A stretch of 64,000 bases of DNA from Escherichia phage vB_EcoM_P8. Below the pieces are notes generated by a model. The model was not told where the DNA came from and searched no databases. It saw nothing but the letters and a program-made list of their open reading frames with translations. Positions within the stretch are counted from its first letter, which is position 1, and every line of letters begins with the position of its first letter. Below are positions 1 through 11,248 of the stretch, one piece after another. The stretch lies in the sequence record PV390659.2; one strand, written 5' to 3'. The position numbers were made by a program, and so were the translations under genes.

Positions 1-444
1 ATTATTTACTGGAGATAATGAAGCTGCGCGTATTTGTGATGCTTCAATTACACCCTTTGAGCTAATATCTCCATTTCGCGTGTTAATTACTACAGTTCTA
101 CCTGCTGTTCCTTGTGATGATTTAAAACCAATACCATACCACGAAACAATATCCATATTTGTAGTATCATACGTGGCATTATCACCAGGACCAGCAAAAA
201 TACCATTGTCACCTGACCCTGCACCAGGAACAGTCATTCCTTTATTAAAAATTACTTTATTTAAATACGTACCACCATTAGCTTTAGAAACGAAATCGTT
301 ATCAGTAGCTTGTGGTTTATTATATTCTGAATATATTTTAAATGATTTATAGAGTACATCGTCACCGGCTGGATTCAATGGAAAATTTCCTTGATGCCAA
401 ATGACAGAGCCTCCAGTTGTTGAACCTACTTTTAAATCAGCCAT
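1..444 (-). CDS. 36: Long tail fibre protein gp36, partial (N-terminal 148 codons; C-terminus lies beyond the window start)
   Basis: Reverse complement of 421-444 reads ATGGCTGATTTAAAAGTAGGTTCA = MADLKVGS, matching the recalled T4 gp36 N-terminus; frame stays open to position 1; position directly downstream of gp35 as in T4. Confidence 0.75.
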   Translation of the reverse strand, partial: MADLKVGSTTGGSVIWHQGNFPLNPAGDDVLYKSFKIYSEYNKPQATDNDFVSKANGGTYLNKVIFNKGMTVPGAGSGDNGIFAGPGDNATYDTTNMDIVSWYGIGFKSSQGTAGRTVVINTRNGDISSKGVIEASQIRAASLSPVNN

Positions 445-467
445 TGTATGCCCCTTTATTTTAATAG

Positions 468-475
468 TATTTATA
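468..475 (-). promoter_or_regulatory. Late promoter (TATAAATA) upstream of gene 36
   Basis: - strand TATAAATA 24 nt upstream of the gp36 ATG. Confidence 0.5.
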
Positions 476-506
476 AAGAAAAAGGGAACCCGAAGGCTCC
501 CTCAAT

Positions 507-1622
507 TTAAACTTCTCTAAATTCTTGCCCAAACACTTTACCAGTTTTAGACGATGCTTGCGTAGGAAGTACCATTATATCCGGAGGTGAAGCAGATTCA
601 CAGACATAATTAACTCGAATACCATTGACGCCAAATTCAGCAGGTTTTGAAATTCCGCCATTTCTTGATACTTCAGAAAAGCTTAAATTTCTCATGCCGC
701 CTTGACCAGCTTGAGCAGTTCTTTGTGCATATATTGTAAATCCTACTGCGTTTTCTGGAATAACTACATAATCTTCCTTTAATTCCCATGACCCAGCTTG
801 TCCAGTAAACTCAGCATGTGTTGAAGAAATATATCCATTCGATTCATCATAAAAACGGATAGATATATTTGTAGTTCCAAGCGCAAGTAAATCGGCATCA
901 GCATATAACTGTGCTTTAAGATAAAGAACATCGCCAGGAATTAAATTATAATCAGATAATTTACTTATCGCGGATGAAGTTGGTAAACGTGCAATTTCGT
1001 TATTAGTTCCACCAACCGCTGACATAAATTGCTCAACGCTTTCATATGTTCTTTTAGGAAATCCTGTAGCTCCAACGTCTTCTAAACTATCAAATACAAC
1101 ATCTAAAATAGTTTGATAATCATCTGTGCTTTTTCTATTGCTTAATTTAACATGTTCTAATGCAATAGCTCTTTTAGAAGAAGTGTAAAAAGCAGCATAT
1201 GATACGTCAAATCTTGACAATATAGAATCAGATGGAAAAGCAGACGTTCCTGTGGCTCTTAGCCAAGATACTACCTCAGGAGGAAAATTAACCTTTCCAC
1301 TAGTTAATATAGCAACAAGTCTATTATTCGTCAAAGAGTTCATGAAACCAACAAAAGCAGCTGATGTAGTATCATTTGAAGTCGAAAAAGCATATGACTT
1401 ACTATCAACTAATGCTCCTGTAGAAGGGTCAAAAACTCTTAAATGAAGACCTGTATTAAATGTTTGGCTTCCGATAGGATTATCCTGAAATTTGACATAT
1501 GGTCCTGCTGTAGAAAGCGGGCAAGAACCCGCTATGCTTATTTTATATCTTACTGAATTGCTTTCCGATAAAAATGGCGTTTGGACATATCCTTGTCCAA
1601 ACTCTGCCATAAATTTTTCCAT
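507..1622 (-). CDS. 35: Long tail fibre hinge connector gp35
   Basis: 371-aa ORF; length and position between gp34 and gp36 match T4 gp35 (~372 aa). Confidence 0.85.
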   Translation of the reverse strand: MEKFMAEFGQGYVQTPFLSESNSVRYKISIAGSCPLSTAGPYVKFQDNPIGSQTFNTGLHLRVFDPSTGALVDSKSYAFSTSNDTTSAAFVGFMNSLTNNRLVAILTSGKVNFPPEVVSWLRATGTSAFPSDSILSRFDVSYAAFYTSSKRAIALEHVKLSNRKSTDDYQTILDVVFDSLEDVGATGFPKRTYESVEQFMSAVGGTNNEIARLPTSSAISKLSDYNLIPGDVLYLKAQLYADADLLALGTTNISIRFYDESNGYISSTHAEFTGQAGSWELKEDYVVIPENAVGFTIYAQRTAQAGQGGMRNLSFSEVSRNGGISKPAEFGVNGIRVNYVCESASPPDIMVLPTQASSKTGKVFGQEFREV

Positions 1623-1630
1623 AATACCTC

Positions 1631-4600
1631 TTATTCAACCCATTCAAATTTAACCGTTTTATTCACTGGGTCAGGAATAATACGAACATTACCAATTCGT
1701 AAGAAATCACGAATAGTAAGATTCCCCATTATAGCATTATCAGATGGTAAAGCACCAATATCAGATGGCTGAGGAGGGTTACCCCCATCAAATACCTGAA
1801 CAAAACTTGACCAAGAGTTTTTAGTTTTCTGCCATGTACGCGTCCAGCGAGTGGTGCGCGCTTCTGGGGTCGTTGGATAAGTAATCCAATCTTGGTAAAG
1901 CGAATCGAGTGTGTTACCAAACTGAGTCAACGTACCAGGAGATTTAACCTCTTCGCCGCGTTCTAAGTATGGAAGACCAGTCACTTCATTAGTTTTTTCA
2001 ACCATCTTAAAATAACCCGGGAATTGGTTATAAGTGGCTGAATCATTAATATCGATTGACCAGAATCCTACAGTATCAGATGTTGGCGCACGAGTATATA
2101 AATCAGAGGTTTTAGTACCCTGAGAACGAATTCTCGAGTTGACAGTTAAACCACCTGAAGTTATAGTAGCACCTTTGGCAATGATTAAGCTTTCACCAAT
2201 TGTAACCTGACCAGATTGATTATTAATAGCTAAAGGACGTAATCCATTAAATCCACCAGTCTGATCGCCAGATGCAGTAAGCATAAAATAGGTGTTAGCA
2301 GCATCATTGCGAATAAAGAATCCATAATCACCGTTTATTGCTCTAAAAGCATTCGACGATTTACTGATAAATTCGCCATTAGCAGTAACTGAACTACCGA
2401 ATGTTGCAACGCCATTCGCATTCAATGTTCCTGAAGCATTCACATTTATCGGTGTTACTGTACCATTAATGCTAAATGCTATATTACCATCTTTATTGCG
2501 TTGAGAATAAAAGTGATAAGATGTGTCATCACTAACTTCAAATACAGTAGAACGTGTTGTATCTGACCCGCCACCAAACTGATTTCCCCAAACTGTGATA
2601 TTCATCGTCTGTGCTGGGTTAGTTCCAGTTTGAGGTCCTTTCTCAAAAATCAGACGAGTTGCTGTTCCAGTATTAGAAATAGTTAATGTGCTATTTGCCG
2701 AAACTGATCCACCAAACGTAGCAGTACTAGATGATACAAGAGGGGCACTCAGATTCGTTTGTTGGGTTAAGGTTAGTGAACCATTAACCGTTTGTGCAAT
2801 ATCCCTACGAATGAACTGAGATGAATCTAGACCATCCAGTAAATTACTATCTACGGCTTTTGCTTTTAACGGCAAATAATTTGCTAATACACGGTTTAAT
2901 TCATATGGCGATACTGCATAGCTATTTTTCTCGTACAATTCTAATGACTGCGTTGAACCAACTGTATCATTACCAACGAATGTAATTGAACCAGATGAAG
3001 TTTTAACAAAACCTCTTACCAGAGTAGTAGCTGCCCAAGTAGGTTCACTCTGCACAATCCATTTTAAATTTTTTGGAGATACAGCAGTATTTGCTGACGT
3101 TCCAGCTACAGTTTCAGACTGAGTTGCAACTTTAATAACGCCTTCCTGTGCTTCAGTAGATTTAGTACCTAAAAGCTTTTTAGGAGTTATTAAAACATTA
3201 TCTAATGTTCCTGCAGCAGCTTCAACTTGTGTAGCTACACGAAGTGTACCACGCTGAGTCTCATTTGCTTCAAGAATATTAAGGGTATAATGGTCCCAGA
3301 GAGTTCCTGATTCAACTAATCCAGATAGAGCAACAACAGAAGTACGATCAGTACTATTAAATCTGGTTTTAATTTTTAATGGTGTAGAGATACGAGTATC
3401 GTCGACGCCTGCGTCGAATTCAACTTGCGTAGCAATTTCAGCTATACCACTTAAACTTTCAGTTGCTTTACGGTCATTTAAAGTTTTAGGAGTGACTGCA
3501 CGGGTATAATCAGTTCCTGTATTAACTTCACTTTGCGTAGCAATTTCAATTAAACCAATTCTTCCATCAGTTGATGTCTTTTTATGTAACGTTTCTGGCG
3601 TTACAACCGCATTTGCCCATCCTTCTTGGCTTTGTCCAGCAATTACTTCACTTTCGACTGCTAGAATTACTGCACCTTGTTGCGTTGGAGTAGCTTTATA
3701 CTGATCCAAAGCTTTAGGCGAAACAACTAAATTATTAGTGTTTTTATTATAAACGTTTGTACCATTTAATTCACGACTAGAAGCTGGAGTAGCTCCTGCA
3801 GTAGATACAAAGGTTACAATACCAGATAATGACTCAGAACCTTGTCGAGCTTGAAGCTTTTTAGGAGTGATGATTGTAGTATCATCAGTACCTGTGTTAG
3901 TTTCTTGCTGCGTCGCAATTTCAGCAACACCTCTACGAGTTTCTGTGGCAGTTCTTTCATTCAGCTTTTTAGGAGTGACGATAATATCATCAGCAAAAGA
4001 GAATGTAGTATCCTGGTTCACTTGGGCAGTAGTTGCTATTCTTGCGATACCTCTACGAGTTTCTGTAGCAGTACGGTTAGCTAATGTTTCTGGTGTAATT
4101 GCTAATTCTTTTTGTGGAGAATTTTCTAAATCGACGTTAGCTTGAGCTTGTGTAGCTAAAGCAATTACGCCTAATCTTGCTCTAGTAGAATCATTTAAAG
4201 AATCAACTCTTTCAACTGTTGGCACGTTTTGCTGCACCACCCAGTATTTTTCATCAGAATCTTCTATATAAGCAAGCTGTAAAACTGGAACATAATTGGT
4301 TTCGCCGTTAAAAACTAATTCTTGAACAGTCACCCATTCAGCTTCAGGTGGATATTCTGAACGTTTTGGGAATTGCAGCAATTGAACTGAAGAAGCAATT
4401 TTATCTTCACCGGCAGCTTTGATTTTAACTGTTTGTCCTTTTCTCATATAATTCATGGAAATTTTAACAGTATCACCAATGGAAATATCGGTTGGAAGCT
4501 GAAGTTCAATTGTTTGGGTTGTTCCGTTATTCGCTCCAAATACCATAACTTCTTCATTTGGACGAATACTAGAATTAGTTGTTATAATACGTAAACGTGC

Positions 4601-5500
4601 TTTACTATCCCCGTCAAACAATCTCCACAATTTTTCATTATCATCATACAACAAGAAACCATCAATCGATGTACGGCCTTCAATGGAATGAGTTCCAACT
4701 TCTTGCACTGAAGTTGTTTCATCGTATGTAGTAACAATTGTATGATAAAGTGGATTTAGTTTATCTAAATCGACGAAATTAATAATATCGCCATGATTAG
4801 CAAATCTCGGAAGTTTAATATTAATCGCCGCGGCTGAAGTAAATCTGCGCACGATAAAATCGTTAGATTGCGCTTGATAAAGACTTGCCGGCGTCACAAC
4901 CACAGCTTCTCTGCTATAATCAGCAACATACATTTGCCACAGACGATTACTAAAAATTAAAACTATCTGCGATTTTGGATGAGTCATTAGTACTGAACGT
5001 ACTTGTTCGCCTCTGAAGTTTACAATACTTTGCACTGGAGCTACAATTAAAACTTGGTTAACACCAGGTTTTCCTCCAATGTCTTGGAGAACGATAGTAT
5101 CTCCATCAATTGGGGAAGATGGTAAAGTAAATGTAATGTCATTACCAGCTGCAGTATCAACTGAAATTGATTCGCCTGACTTTAATTGATAAGGTCCTGA
5201 TGAAACAGTTGTCCAATTAGCATCAGTACGTAATGCTCTCCAACGCACGCTATTAAAAGCTCCTGCTGGTTTTGGAATATCATTTATAGCAGCCCAAAAG
5301 CGGTTATCATAAATGATTACAAAATCTTTTAAATATCCACGAGTTGGATCGTATTGTTGAACTGTGTTTTCTTGAATTAAGTAATCAACGTTAACACCGT
5401 CAGTTCCTACGGTACGATCAGCTAAAGCTACGTTGATTATTTTATCGCCACCTGCGTCCAGACCGTCTTCTGCTCTGAACTTTCTTTTAATCTCGGCCAT
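1631..5500 (-). CDS. 34: Long tail fibre proximal subunit gp34
   Basis: 1289-aa ORF, same length as T4 gp34; repeated motifs (TPKKL..., IATQ...) typical of fibre shaft; adjacent to rnh as in T4. Confidence 0.9.
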   Translation of the reverse strand: MAEIKRKFRAEDGLDAGGDKIINVALADRTVGTDGVNVDYLIQENTVQQYDPTRGYLKDFVIIYDNRFWAAINDIPKPAGAFNSVRWRALRTDANWTTVSSGPYQLKSGESISVDTAAGNDITFTLPSSPIDGDTIVLQDIGGKPGVNQVLIVAPVQSIVNFRGEQVRSVLMTHPKSQIVLIFSNRLWQMYVADYSREAVVVTPASLYQAQSNDFIVRRFTSAAAINIKLPRFANHGDIINFVDLDKLNPLYHTIVTTYDETTSVQEVGTHSIEGRTSIDGFLLYDDNEKLWRLFDGDSKARLRIITTNSSIRPNEEVMVFGANNGTTQTIELQLPTDISIGDTVKISMNYMRKGQTVKIKAAGEDKIASSVQLLQFPKRSEYPPEAEWVTVQELVFNGETNYVPVLQLAYIEDSDEKYWVVQQNVPTVERVDSLNDSTRARLGVIALATQAQANVDLENSPQKELAITPETLANRTATETRRGIARIATTAQVNQDTTFSFADDIIVTPKKLNERTATETRRGVAEIATQQETNTGTDDTTIITPKKLQARQGSESLSGIVTFVSTAGATPASSRELNGTNVYNKNTNNLVVSPKALDQYKATPTQQGAVILAVESEVIAGQSQEGWANAVVTPETLHKKTSTDGRIGLIEIATQSEVNTGTDYTRAVTPKTLNDRKATESLSGIAEIATQVEFDAGVDDTRISTPLKIKTRFNSTDRTSVVALSGLVESGTLWDHYTLNILEANETQRGTLRVATQVEAAAGTLDNVLITPKKLLGTKSTEAQEGVIKVATQSETVAGTSANTAVSPKNLKWIVQSEPTWAATTLVRGFVKTSSGSITFVGNDTVGSTQSLELYEKNSYAVSPYELNRVLANYLPLKAKAVDSNLLDGLDSSQFIRRDIAQTVNGSLTLTQQTNLSAPLVSSSTATFGGSVSANSTLTISNTGTATRLIFEKGPQTGTNPAQTMNITVWGNQFGGGSDTTRSTVFEVSDDTSYHFYSQRNKDGNIAFSINGTVTPINVNASGTLNANGVATFGSSVTANGEFISKSSNAFRAINGDYGFFIRNDAANTYFMLTASGDQTGGFNGLRPLAINNQSGQVTIGESLIIAKGATITSGGLTVNSRIRSQGTKTSDLYTRAPTSDTVGFWSIDINDSATYNQFPGYFKMVEKTNEVTGLPYLERGEEVKSPGTLTQFGNTLDSLYQDWITYPTTPEARTTRWTRTWQKTKNSWSSFVQVFDGGNPPQPSDIGALPSDNAIMGNLTIRDFLRIGNVRIIPDPVNKTVKFEWVE
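3830..4110 (-). repeat. Internal direct repeats within gene 34 (fibre shaft motif)
   Basis: CCTCTACGAGTTTCTGT(G/A)GCAGT occurs twice ~122 bp apart; creates the spurious + strand ORFs at 3842-4145. Confidence 0.55.
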
Positions 5501-5533
5501 TCTCCCGGCTCCTATTGTGTTTTCAATAATAAG

Positions 5534-5541
5534 TATTTATA
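5534..5541 (-). promoter_or_regulatory. Late promoter (TATAAATA) for gene 34
   Basis: - strand TATAAATA ~34 nt upstream of the gp34 ATG. Confidence 0.6.
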
Positions 5542-5544
5542 CTT

Positions 5545-5574
5545 GTTTACTTTAAGATTCGGATGGTATATAAT
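5545..5574 (+). promoter_or_regulatory. Early promoter for rnh
   Basis: GTTTAC (5545-5550), ~18-bp spacer, TATAAT (5569-5574); divergent from the gene 34 late promoter. Confidence 0.5.
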
Positions 5575-5603
5575 AGAAATCTCACTAATTGAACGAGGTT
5601 CAT

Positions 5604-6521
5604 ATGGATTTAGAAATGATGCTGGATGAAGATTACAAAGAAGGAATCTGCTTAATTGACTTTAGTCAAATTGCGCTTTCAACTGCTTTAGTAAACTTCC
5701 CAGATAAAGAAAAAATTAATTTATCAATGGTTCGTCATTTGATATTGAACTCAATTAAGTTTAATGTCAAAAAAGCAAAAACTCTTGGATACACTAAAAT
5801 TGTGTTGTGTATTGATAATGCGAAATCTGGATATTGGCGTCGTGATTTTGCTTATTATTATAAGAAAAACCGTGGAAAAGCACGAGAAGAATCTACTTGG
5901 GATTGGGAAGGTTATTTTGAATCCAGTCATAAAGTTATAGATGAATTGAAAGCTTATATGCCATACATTGTTATGGATATTGATAAGTATGAAGCAGATG
6001 ACCACATTGCTGTTCTTGTTAAAAAGTTCTCTTTAGAAGGACATAAAATTTTAATCATTTCATCGGATGGTGACTTTACTCAACTTCATAAGTATCCAAA
6101 TGTTAAGCAATGGTCACCGATGCATAAGAAATGGGTTAAAATTAAAAGCGGTTCTGCTGAAATTGACTGCATGACTAAAATCCTTAAAGGTGATAAAAAG
6201 GATAACGTCGCTTCAGTTAAAGTACGATCTGACTTTTGGTTTACCAGAGTTGAAGGCGAACGAACTCCTTCAATGAAAACATCTATTGTTGAAGCTATTG
6301 CTAATGACCGTGAGCAAGCTAAGGTGCTTCTCACTGAATCTGAATATAATCGATATAAAGAAAATTTAGTTCTAATTGATTTTGATTATATTCCTGATAA
6401 TATTGCTTCAAACATTGTGAATTACTATAATTCATATAAATTACCACCGCGTGGCAAAATTTATTCATATTTTGTAAAAGCGGGTCTTTCTAAATTAACT
6501 AATAGCATTAATGAATTTTGA
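5604..6521 (+). CDS. rnh: RNase H (5'-3' exonuclease / flap endonuclease)
   Basis: Translation from the internal Met (MDLEMMLDEDYKEG...) gives 305 aa, the T4 RNase H length; ORF-track start at 5589 is probably an upstream in-frame extension. Confidence 0.9.
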   Translation: MDLEMMLDEDYKEGICLIDFSQIALSTALVNFPDKEKINLSMVRHLILNSIKFNVKKAKTLGYTKIVLCIDNAKSGYWRRDFAYYYKKNRGKAREESTWDWEGYFESSHKVIDELKAYMPYIVMDIDKYEADDHIAVLVKKFSLEGHKILIISSDGDFTQLHKYPNVKQWSPMHKKWVKIKSGSAEIDCMTKILKGDKKDNVASVKVRSDFWFTRVEGERTPSMKTSIVEAIANDREQAKVLLTESEYNRYKENLVLIDFDYIPDNIASNIVNYYNSYKLPPRGKIYSYFVKAGLSKLTNSINEF

Positions 6522-6529
6522 GGTGAATA

Positions 6530-6799
6530 ATGGCTAAAAAAGAAATGGTTGAATTTGATGAAGCTATCCATGGCGAAGACTTGGCTAAATTTATTAAAGA
6601 AGCATCTGATCATAAACTGAAAATTTCTGGTTATAATGAATTGATTAAAGATATTCGAATTCGTGCCAAAGATGAACTTGGCGTTGATGGTAAGATGTTT
6701 AATCGTCTATTAGCTTTGTATCATAAAGATAACCGTGATGTGTTTGAAGCTGAAACCGAAGAGGTAGTTGAACTTTATGACACAGTTTTCTCTAAATGA
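6530..6799 (+). CDS. dsbA: Double-stranded DNA-binding protein DsbA
   Basis: 89 aa, MAKKEMVEFDEAIHG...; size and position between rnh and gene 33 as in T4. Confidence 0.8.
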   Translation: MAKKEMVEFDEAIHGEDLAKFIKEASDHKLKISGYNELIKDIRIRAKDELGVDGKMFNRLLALYHKDNRDVFEAETEEVVELYDTVFSK

Positions 6800-7115
6800 T
6801 ATTCGTCCGGTCGATGAGACCGGTCTTTCAGAAAAAGAACTTTCAATTAAGAAAGAAAAGGATGAAATAGCAAAGCTTCTTGACCGCCAAGAAAATGGAT
6901 TTATTATTGAAAAAATGGTAGAAGAGTTTGGAATGAGTTATCTTGAAGCTACAACAGCATTCTTGGAAGAAAATTCTATTCCTGAAACTCAATTTGCTAA
7001 ATTTATTCCTTCGGGTATAATTGAAAAAATTCAGTCAGAAGCTATTGACGAAAATCTTTTACGTCCTTCTGTTGTTCGTTGTGAAAAAACTAATACATTA
7101 GATTTTCTACTATGA
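6777..7115 (+). CDS. 33: Late transcription accessory protein gp33
   Basis: From internal Met (MTQFSLNDIRPVDETG...) 112 aa, matching T4 gp33; overlaps dsbA 3' end. Confidence 0.85.
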   Translation: MTQFSLNDIRPVDETGLSEKELSIKKEKDEIAKLLDRQENGFIIEKMVEEFGMSYLEATTAFLEENSIPETQFAKFIPSGIIEKIQSEAIDENLLRPSVVRCEKTNTLDFLL

Positions 7116-7765
7116 TTAAACTCCGCATGCCTGCTGGTGGTGAAAGATACATTGATGGTAAATCAGTTTATAAATTATACTTAATGATAAAACAACATAT
7201 GAATGGAAAGTATGATGTAATTAAGTATAATTGGTGCATGCGGGTGTCTGATGCCGCTTATCAAAAGCGAAGGGATAAGTATTTTTTCCAGAAGTTATCA
7301 GAAAAATATAAATTAAAGGAACTTGCTTTAATCTTTATAAGCAATCTTGTTGCTAACCAAGATGCTTGGATTGGTGACATCTCTGACGCTGATGCACTTG
7401 TGTTTTATCGTGAATATATCGGACGCTTAAAGCAAATTAAATTTAAGTTTGAAGAAGATATTCGCAACATTTATTATTTTAGTAAAAAAGTTGAAGTTTC
7501 TGCTTTTAAAGAAATCTTTGAGTATAATCCAAAAGTTCAATCAAGTTATATTTTTAAACTACTTCAATCGAATATAATTTCGTTTGAGACGTTTATCTTG
7601 CTTGATTCGTTTTTAAATATAATCGATAAACATGATGAACAGACTGATAATTTAGTCTGGAATAATTATTCTATAAAGTTAAAGGCTTATAGAAAAATTT
7701 TAAATATTGATTCGCAGAAAGCTAAAAGTGTTTTCATTGAAACTGTGAAATCCTGCAAGTATTAA
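7112..7765 (+). CDS. 59: Helicase loader gp59
   Basis: 217 aa, MIKLRMPAGGERYIDGKSVYKLY...; length and position match T4 gp59. Confidence 0.85.
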   Translation: MIKLRMPAGGERYIDGKSVYKLYLMIKQHMNGKYDVIKYNWCMRVSDAAYQKRRDKYFFQKLSEKYKLKELALIFISNLVANQDAWIGDISDADALVFYREYIGRLKQIKFKFEEDIRNIYYFSKKVEVSAFKEIFEYNPKVQSSYIFKLLQSNIISFETFILLDSFLNIIDKHDEQTDNLVWNNYSIKLKAYRKILNIDSQKAKSVFIETVKSCKY

Positions 7766-7773
7766 TTGCTTAT

Positions 7774-7781
7774 TATAAATA
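7774..7781 (+). promoter_or_regulatory. Late-type promoter upstream of gene 32
   Basis: TATAAATA on + strand with an adjacent TATAAT; gene 32 is known to have several promoters. Confidence 0.45.
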
Positions 7782-7798
7782 GATTATAATTATCTCAC

Positions 7799-7864
7799 TG
7801 ACCAGCTATGAGGTCATACATCGTCATAGCACCAACTGTTAATTAAATTAAAAAGGAAATAAAA
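7799..7864 (+). promoter_or_regulatory. Gene 32 translational operator: pseudoknot plus unstructured A/U-rich leader
   Basis: Stem 1 TGACC(7799-7803)/GGTCA(7812-7816) and stem 2 GCTATGA(7805-7811)/TCATAGC(7824-7830) interlock as a pseudoknot, followed by AATTAAATTAAAAAGGAAATAAAA before the ATG. Confidence 0.7.
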
Positions 7865-8773
7865 ATGTTTAAACGTAAATCTACTGCTGAACTCGCTGCA
7901 CAAATGGCTAAACTGGCTGGAAATAAAGGTGGTTTTTCTTCTGAAGATAAAGGCGAGTGGAAACTGAAACTCGATAATGCGGGTAACGGTCAAGCAGTAA
8001 TTCGTTTTCTTCCGTCTAAAAATGATGAACAAGCACCATTCGCAATTCTTGTAAATCACGGTTTCAAGAAAAATGGTAAATGGTATATTGAAAACTGTTC
8101 ATCTACCCACGGTGATTACGATTCTTGCCCAGTATGTCAGTACATCAGTAAAAATGATTTGTACAACACTGACAATAAAGAGTATGGTCTTGTTAAACGT
8201 AAAACTTCTTACTGGGCTAACATTCTTGTTGTAAAAGACCCAGCTGCTCCAGAAAATGAAGGTAAAGTATTTAAATATCGTTTCGGTAAGAAAATCTGGG
8301 ATAAAATCAACGCAATGATTGCAGTTGATGTTGAAATGGGTGAAACCCCAGTTGATGTAACTTGTCCGTGGGAAGGTGCTAACTTTGTACTGAAAGTTAA
8401 ACAAGTTTCTGGTTTTAGTAACTACGACGAATCTAAATTCCTGAATCAATCTGCGATTCCAAACATTGATGATGAATCTTTCCAGAAAGAACTGTTCGAA
8501 CAAATGGTTGACCTTTCTGAAATGACTTCTAAAGATAAATTCAAATCGTTTGAAGAACTGAGCACTAAGTTCAGTCAAGTTATGGGAACTGCTGCTATGG
8601 GTGGTGCCGCTGCAACTGCCGCTAAGAAAGCTGATAAAGTTGCTGATGATTTGGATGCATTCAATGTTGATGACTTCAAAACAAAAACTGAAGATGATTT
8701 TATGAGCTCAAGCTCTGGCAGTTCATCTAGTGCTGATGACACGGACCTGGATGACCTTTTGAATGACCTTTAA
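7865..8773 (+). CDS. 32: Single-stranded DNA-binding protein gp32
   Basis: 302 codons; [17 protein letters not shown]... with acidic Ser/Asp-rich C-terminal tail; classic gp32. Confidence 0.95.
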   Translation: MFKRKSTAELAAQMAKLAGNKGGFSSEDKGEWKLKLDNAGNGQAVIRFLPSKNDEQAPFAILVNHGFKKNGKWYIENCSSTHGDYDSCPVCQYISKNDLYNTDNKEYGLVKRKTSYWANILVVKDPAAPENEGKVFKYRFGKKIWDKINAMIAVDVEMGETPVDVTCPWEGANFVLKVKQVSGFSNYDESKFLNQSAIPNIDDESFQKELFEQMVDLSEMTSKDKFKSFEELSTKFSQVMGTAAMGGAAATAAKKADKVADDLDAFNVDDFKTKTEDDFMSSSSGSSSSADDTDLDDLLNDL

Positions 8774-8795
8774 TAGATTATATTACTAATTAATT

Positions 8796-8823
8796 GGGGA
8801 CCCTAGAGGTCCCCTTTTTATTT
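8796..8823 (+). terminator. Intrinsic terminator after gene 32
   Basis: GGGGACC-CTAGA-GGTCCCC stem-loop followed by TTTTTATTT. Confidence 0.6.
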
Positions 8824-8844
8824 CAAAATTTTTTTCACAAAACT

Positions 8845-8876
8845 GTTTACATCTCTGTTCTTCCATGGTACTATAC
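8845..8876 (+). promoter_or_regulatory. Early promoter
   Basis: GTTTAC at 8845-8850 with an A/T-rich -10-like region ~17 bp downstream; precedes the 8918 ORF. Confidence 0.4.
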
Positions 8877-8917
8877 AACTATCGGCAATACTGCTGACGA
8901 TTAAAGAGGAAAATAAT

Positions 8918-9145
8918 ATGGCTAAAGTTGATATTGACATCGTTGATTTTGAATATATTGAAGAAATTATTCGTAATCGTTATCCTGAACTTAGTATCAC
9001 AAGCGTACAAGATTCTAAGTTTTGGAGTATTCAAATCGTTATTGAAGGTCCTCTTGAAAACCTCACCCGCTTTATGGCTAATGAATACTGTGATGGTATG
9101 GATTCTGAAGACGCAGAATTTTACATGGGACTGATTGAACAATAA
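8918..9145 (+). CDS. Hypothetical small protein (frd.3-like position)
   Basis: 75-aa ORF with upstream early-type promoter and SD; no recognisable motif. Confidence 0.5.
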   Translation: MAKVDIDIVDFEYIEEIIRNRYPELSITSVQDSKFWSIQIVIEGPLENLTRFMANEYCDGMDSEDAEFYMGLIEQ

Positions 9146-9165
9146 CTATCAAGCCCCCTATCAAA

Positions 9166-9567
9166 ATGAGGAAAATCAAAATGGAAATTGGCAAAAAATA
9201 TGAGTTAAATCCACATCGTATTAAATCTTTCATTGATATTAGTTCATCAAATGCTAATATGGTCGGCATCATTCAAGAAAATGGTGGTTGGTTTGAAGTT
9301 AAATCAATATCAAGTTTAGATGGCTTTGATTATGTAACTGAAATCATTTGTGCTAATGGCGAAATCTATAATGATGATGGTATGGGTGATGATTATTTTG
9401 AACTTAGTGAAGAAGAGTTTTACTGTTTCCGCGAGTATAAAGAACCAACTTCTGAAGAAGATGAAGTCGAAGATAAGATTTCTGGCGTAACAAAAATTCA
9501 CTGCATTGTAGACGAAAACAATGTAGATGAAATCATTGAACTTTTGCGAAAAACTTTCAAAAAGTAG
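9166..9567 (+). CDS. Hypothetical acidic protein (frd.2-like position)
   Basis: 133-aa ORF, Asp/Glu-rich C-terminal half; start may be the internal Met at 9181. Confidence 0.5.
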   Translation: MRKIKMEIGKKYELNPHRIKSFIDISSSNANMVGIIQENGGWFEVKSISSLDGFDYVTEIICANGEIYNDDGMGDDYFELSEEEFYCFREYKEPTSEEDEVEDKISGVTKIHCIVDENNVDEIIELLRKTFKK

Positions 9568-9596
9568 TTTACAGAAGGGTAGTAGTGTGATACTAT
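9567..9596 (+). promoter_or_regulatory. Early promoter
   Basis: GTTTAC at 9567-9572 with -10-like GATACTAT; imperfect inverted repeat GGGTAGTAG/CTATTACCC around it. Confidence 0.4.
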
Positions 9597-9621
9597 TACC
9601 CTATCAACTAAGGAGAATAAA

Positions 9622-9864
9622 ATGAGATTACAACGTCAGAGCATTAAAGATTCAGAAGTTAGAGGTAAATGGTATTTTAATATCATCGGTAAAGATTCTG
9701 AACTTGTTGAAAAAGCTGAACGTCTTTTGCGTGATATGGGATGGGAAGATGAATGTGATGGATGCCCTCTTTATGAGGATGGAGAAAGCGCAGGATTCTG
9801 GATTTACCATTCTGACGTTGAACAGTTTAAAGCTGATTGGAAAATTGTGAAAAAGTCTGTTTGA
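9622..9864 (+). CDS. Hypothetical protein
   Basis: 80-aa ORF preceded by AGGAG SD (9611-9615) and an early-type promoter. Confidence 0.5.
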   Translation: MRLQRQSIKDSEVRGKWYFNIIGKDSELVEKAERLLRDMGWEDECDGCPLYEDGESAGFWIYHSDVEQFKADWKIVKKSV

Positions 9865-9874
9865 GGAAAATATT

Positions 9875-10210
9875 ATGTCTGACATTCACGTAACTGGAAT
9901 TTCACAAGTAAACATTCGCTGCCAATTTAAAACTGTACCTGGGGTGACTCATATTACTTTATCACATGACCCATATTCTCGTGGAACACAGTTAACTGGT
10001 GTAATTAAGTTTTTCGGTGGAATTGGCGGAAACGAATTTACTATAGGCGATGACGAAATTGTTGGTTGTAAATTAAAAGTTCAGAAGGGAGTGTTAGAAC
10101 TTTTTAGTGATGAAGTTTTTGATGAAATCTCACGAGCAGTTAATAAAGGAATGTTAACGTTAATTAAAATGATTAAAGCCAGTGGATATGTTCCCGATCC
10201 TTTATATTAG
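9875..10210 (+). CDS. Hypothetical protein
   Basis: 111-aa ORF, tightly packed after the previous ORF; no recognisable motif. Confidence 0.45.
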   Translation: MSDIHVTGISQVNIRCQFKTVPGVTHITLSHDPYSRGTQLTGVIKFFGGIGGNEFTIGDDEIVGCKLKVQKGVLELFSDEVFDEISRAVNKGMLTLIKMIKASGYVPDPLY

Positions 10211-10218
10211 GAGATAAT

Positions 10219-11247
<1,029 letters not shown>

Positions 11248-11248
<1 letters not shown>

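Noticed and set aside
80-352. 90-aa + strand ORF.
   Set aside because: Lies antisense inside the gene 36 coding region; no SD.
1252-1920. Small ORFs on both strands (1252-1446 +, 1581-1772 +, 1729-1920 -).
   Set aside because: Embedded within or antisense to genes 35 and 34, whose full-length frames match T4.
3842-4145. Two overlapping + strand ORFs with repetitive translations.
   Set aside because: Antisense to gene 34; they are a by-product of the internal direct repeats in the fibre gene.
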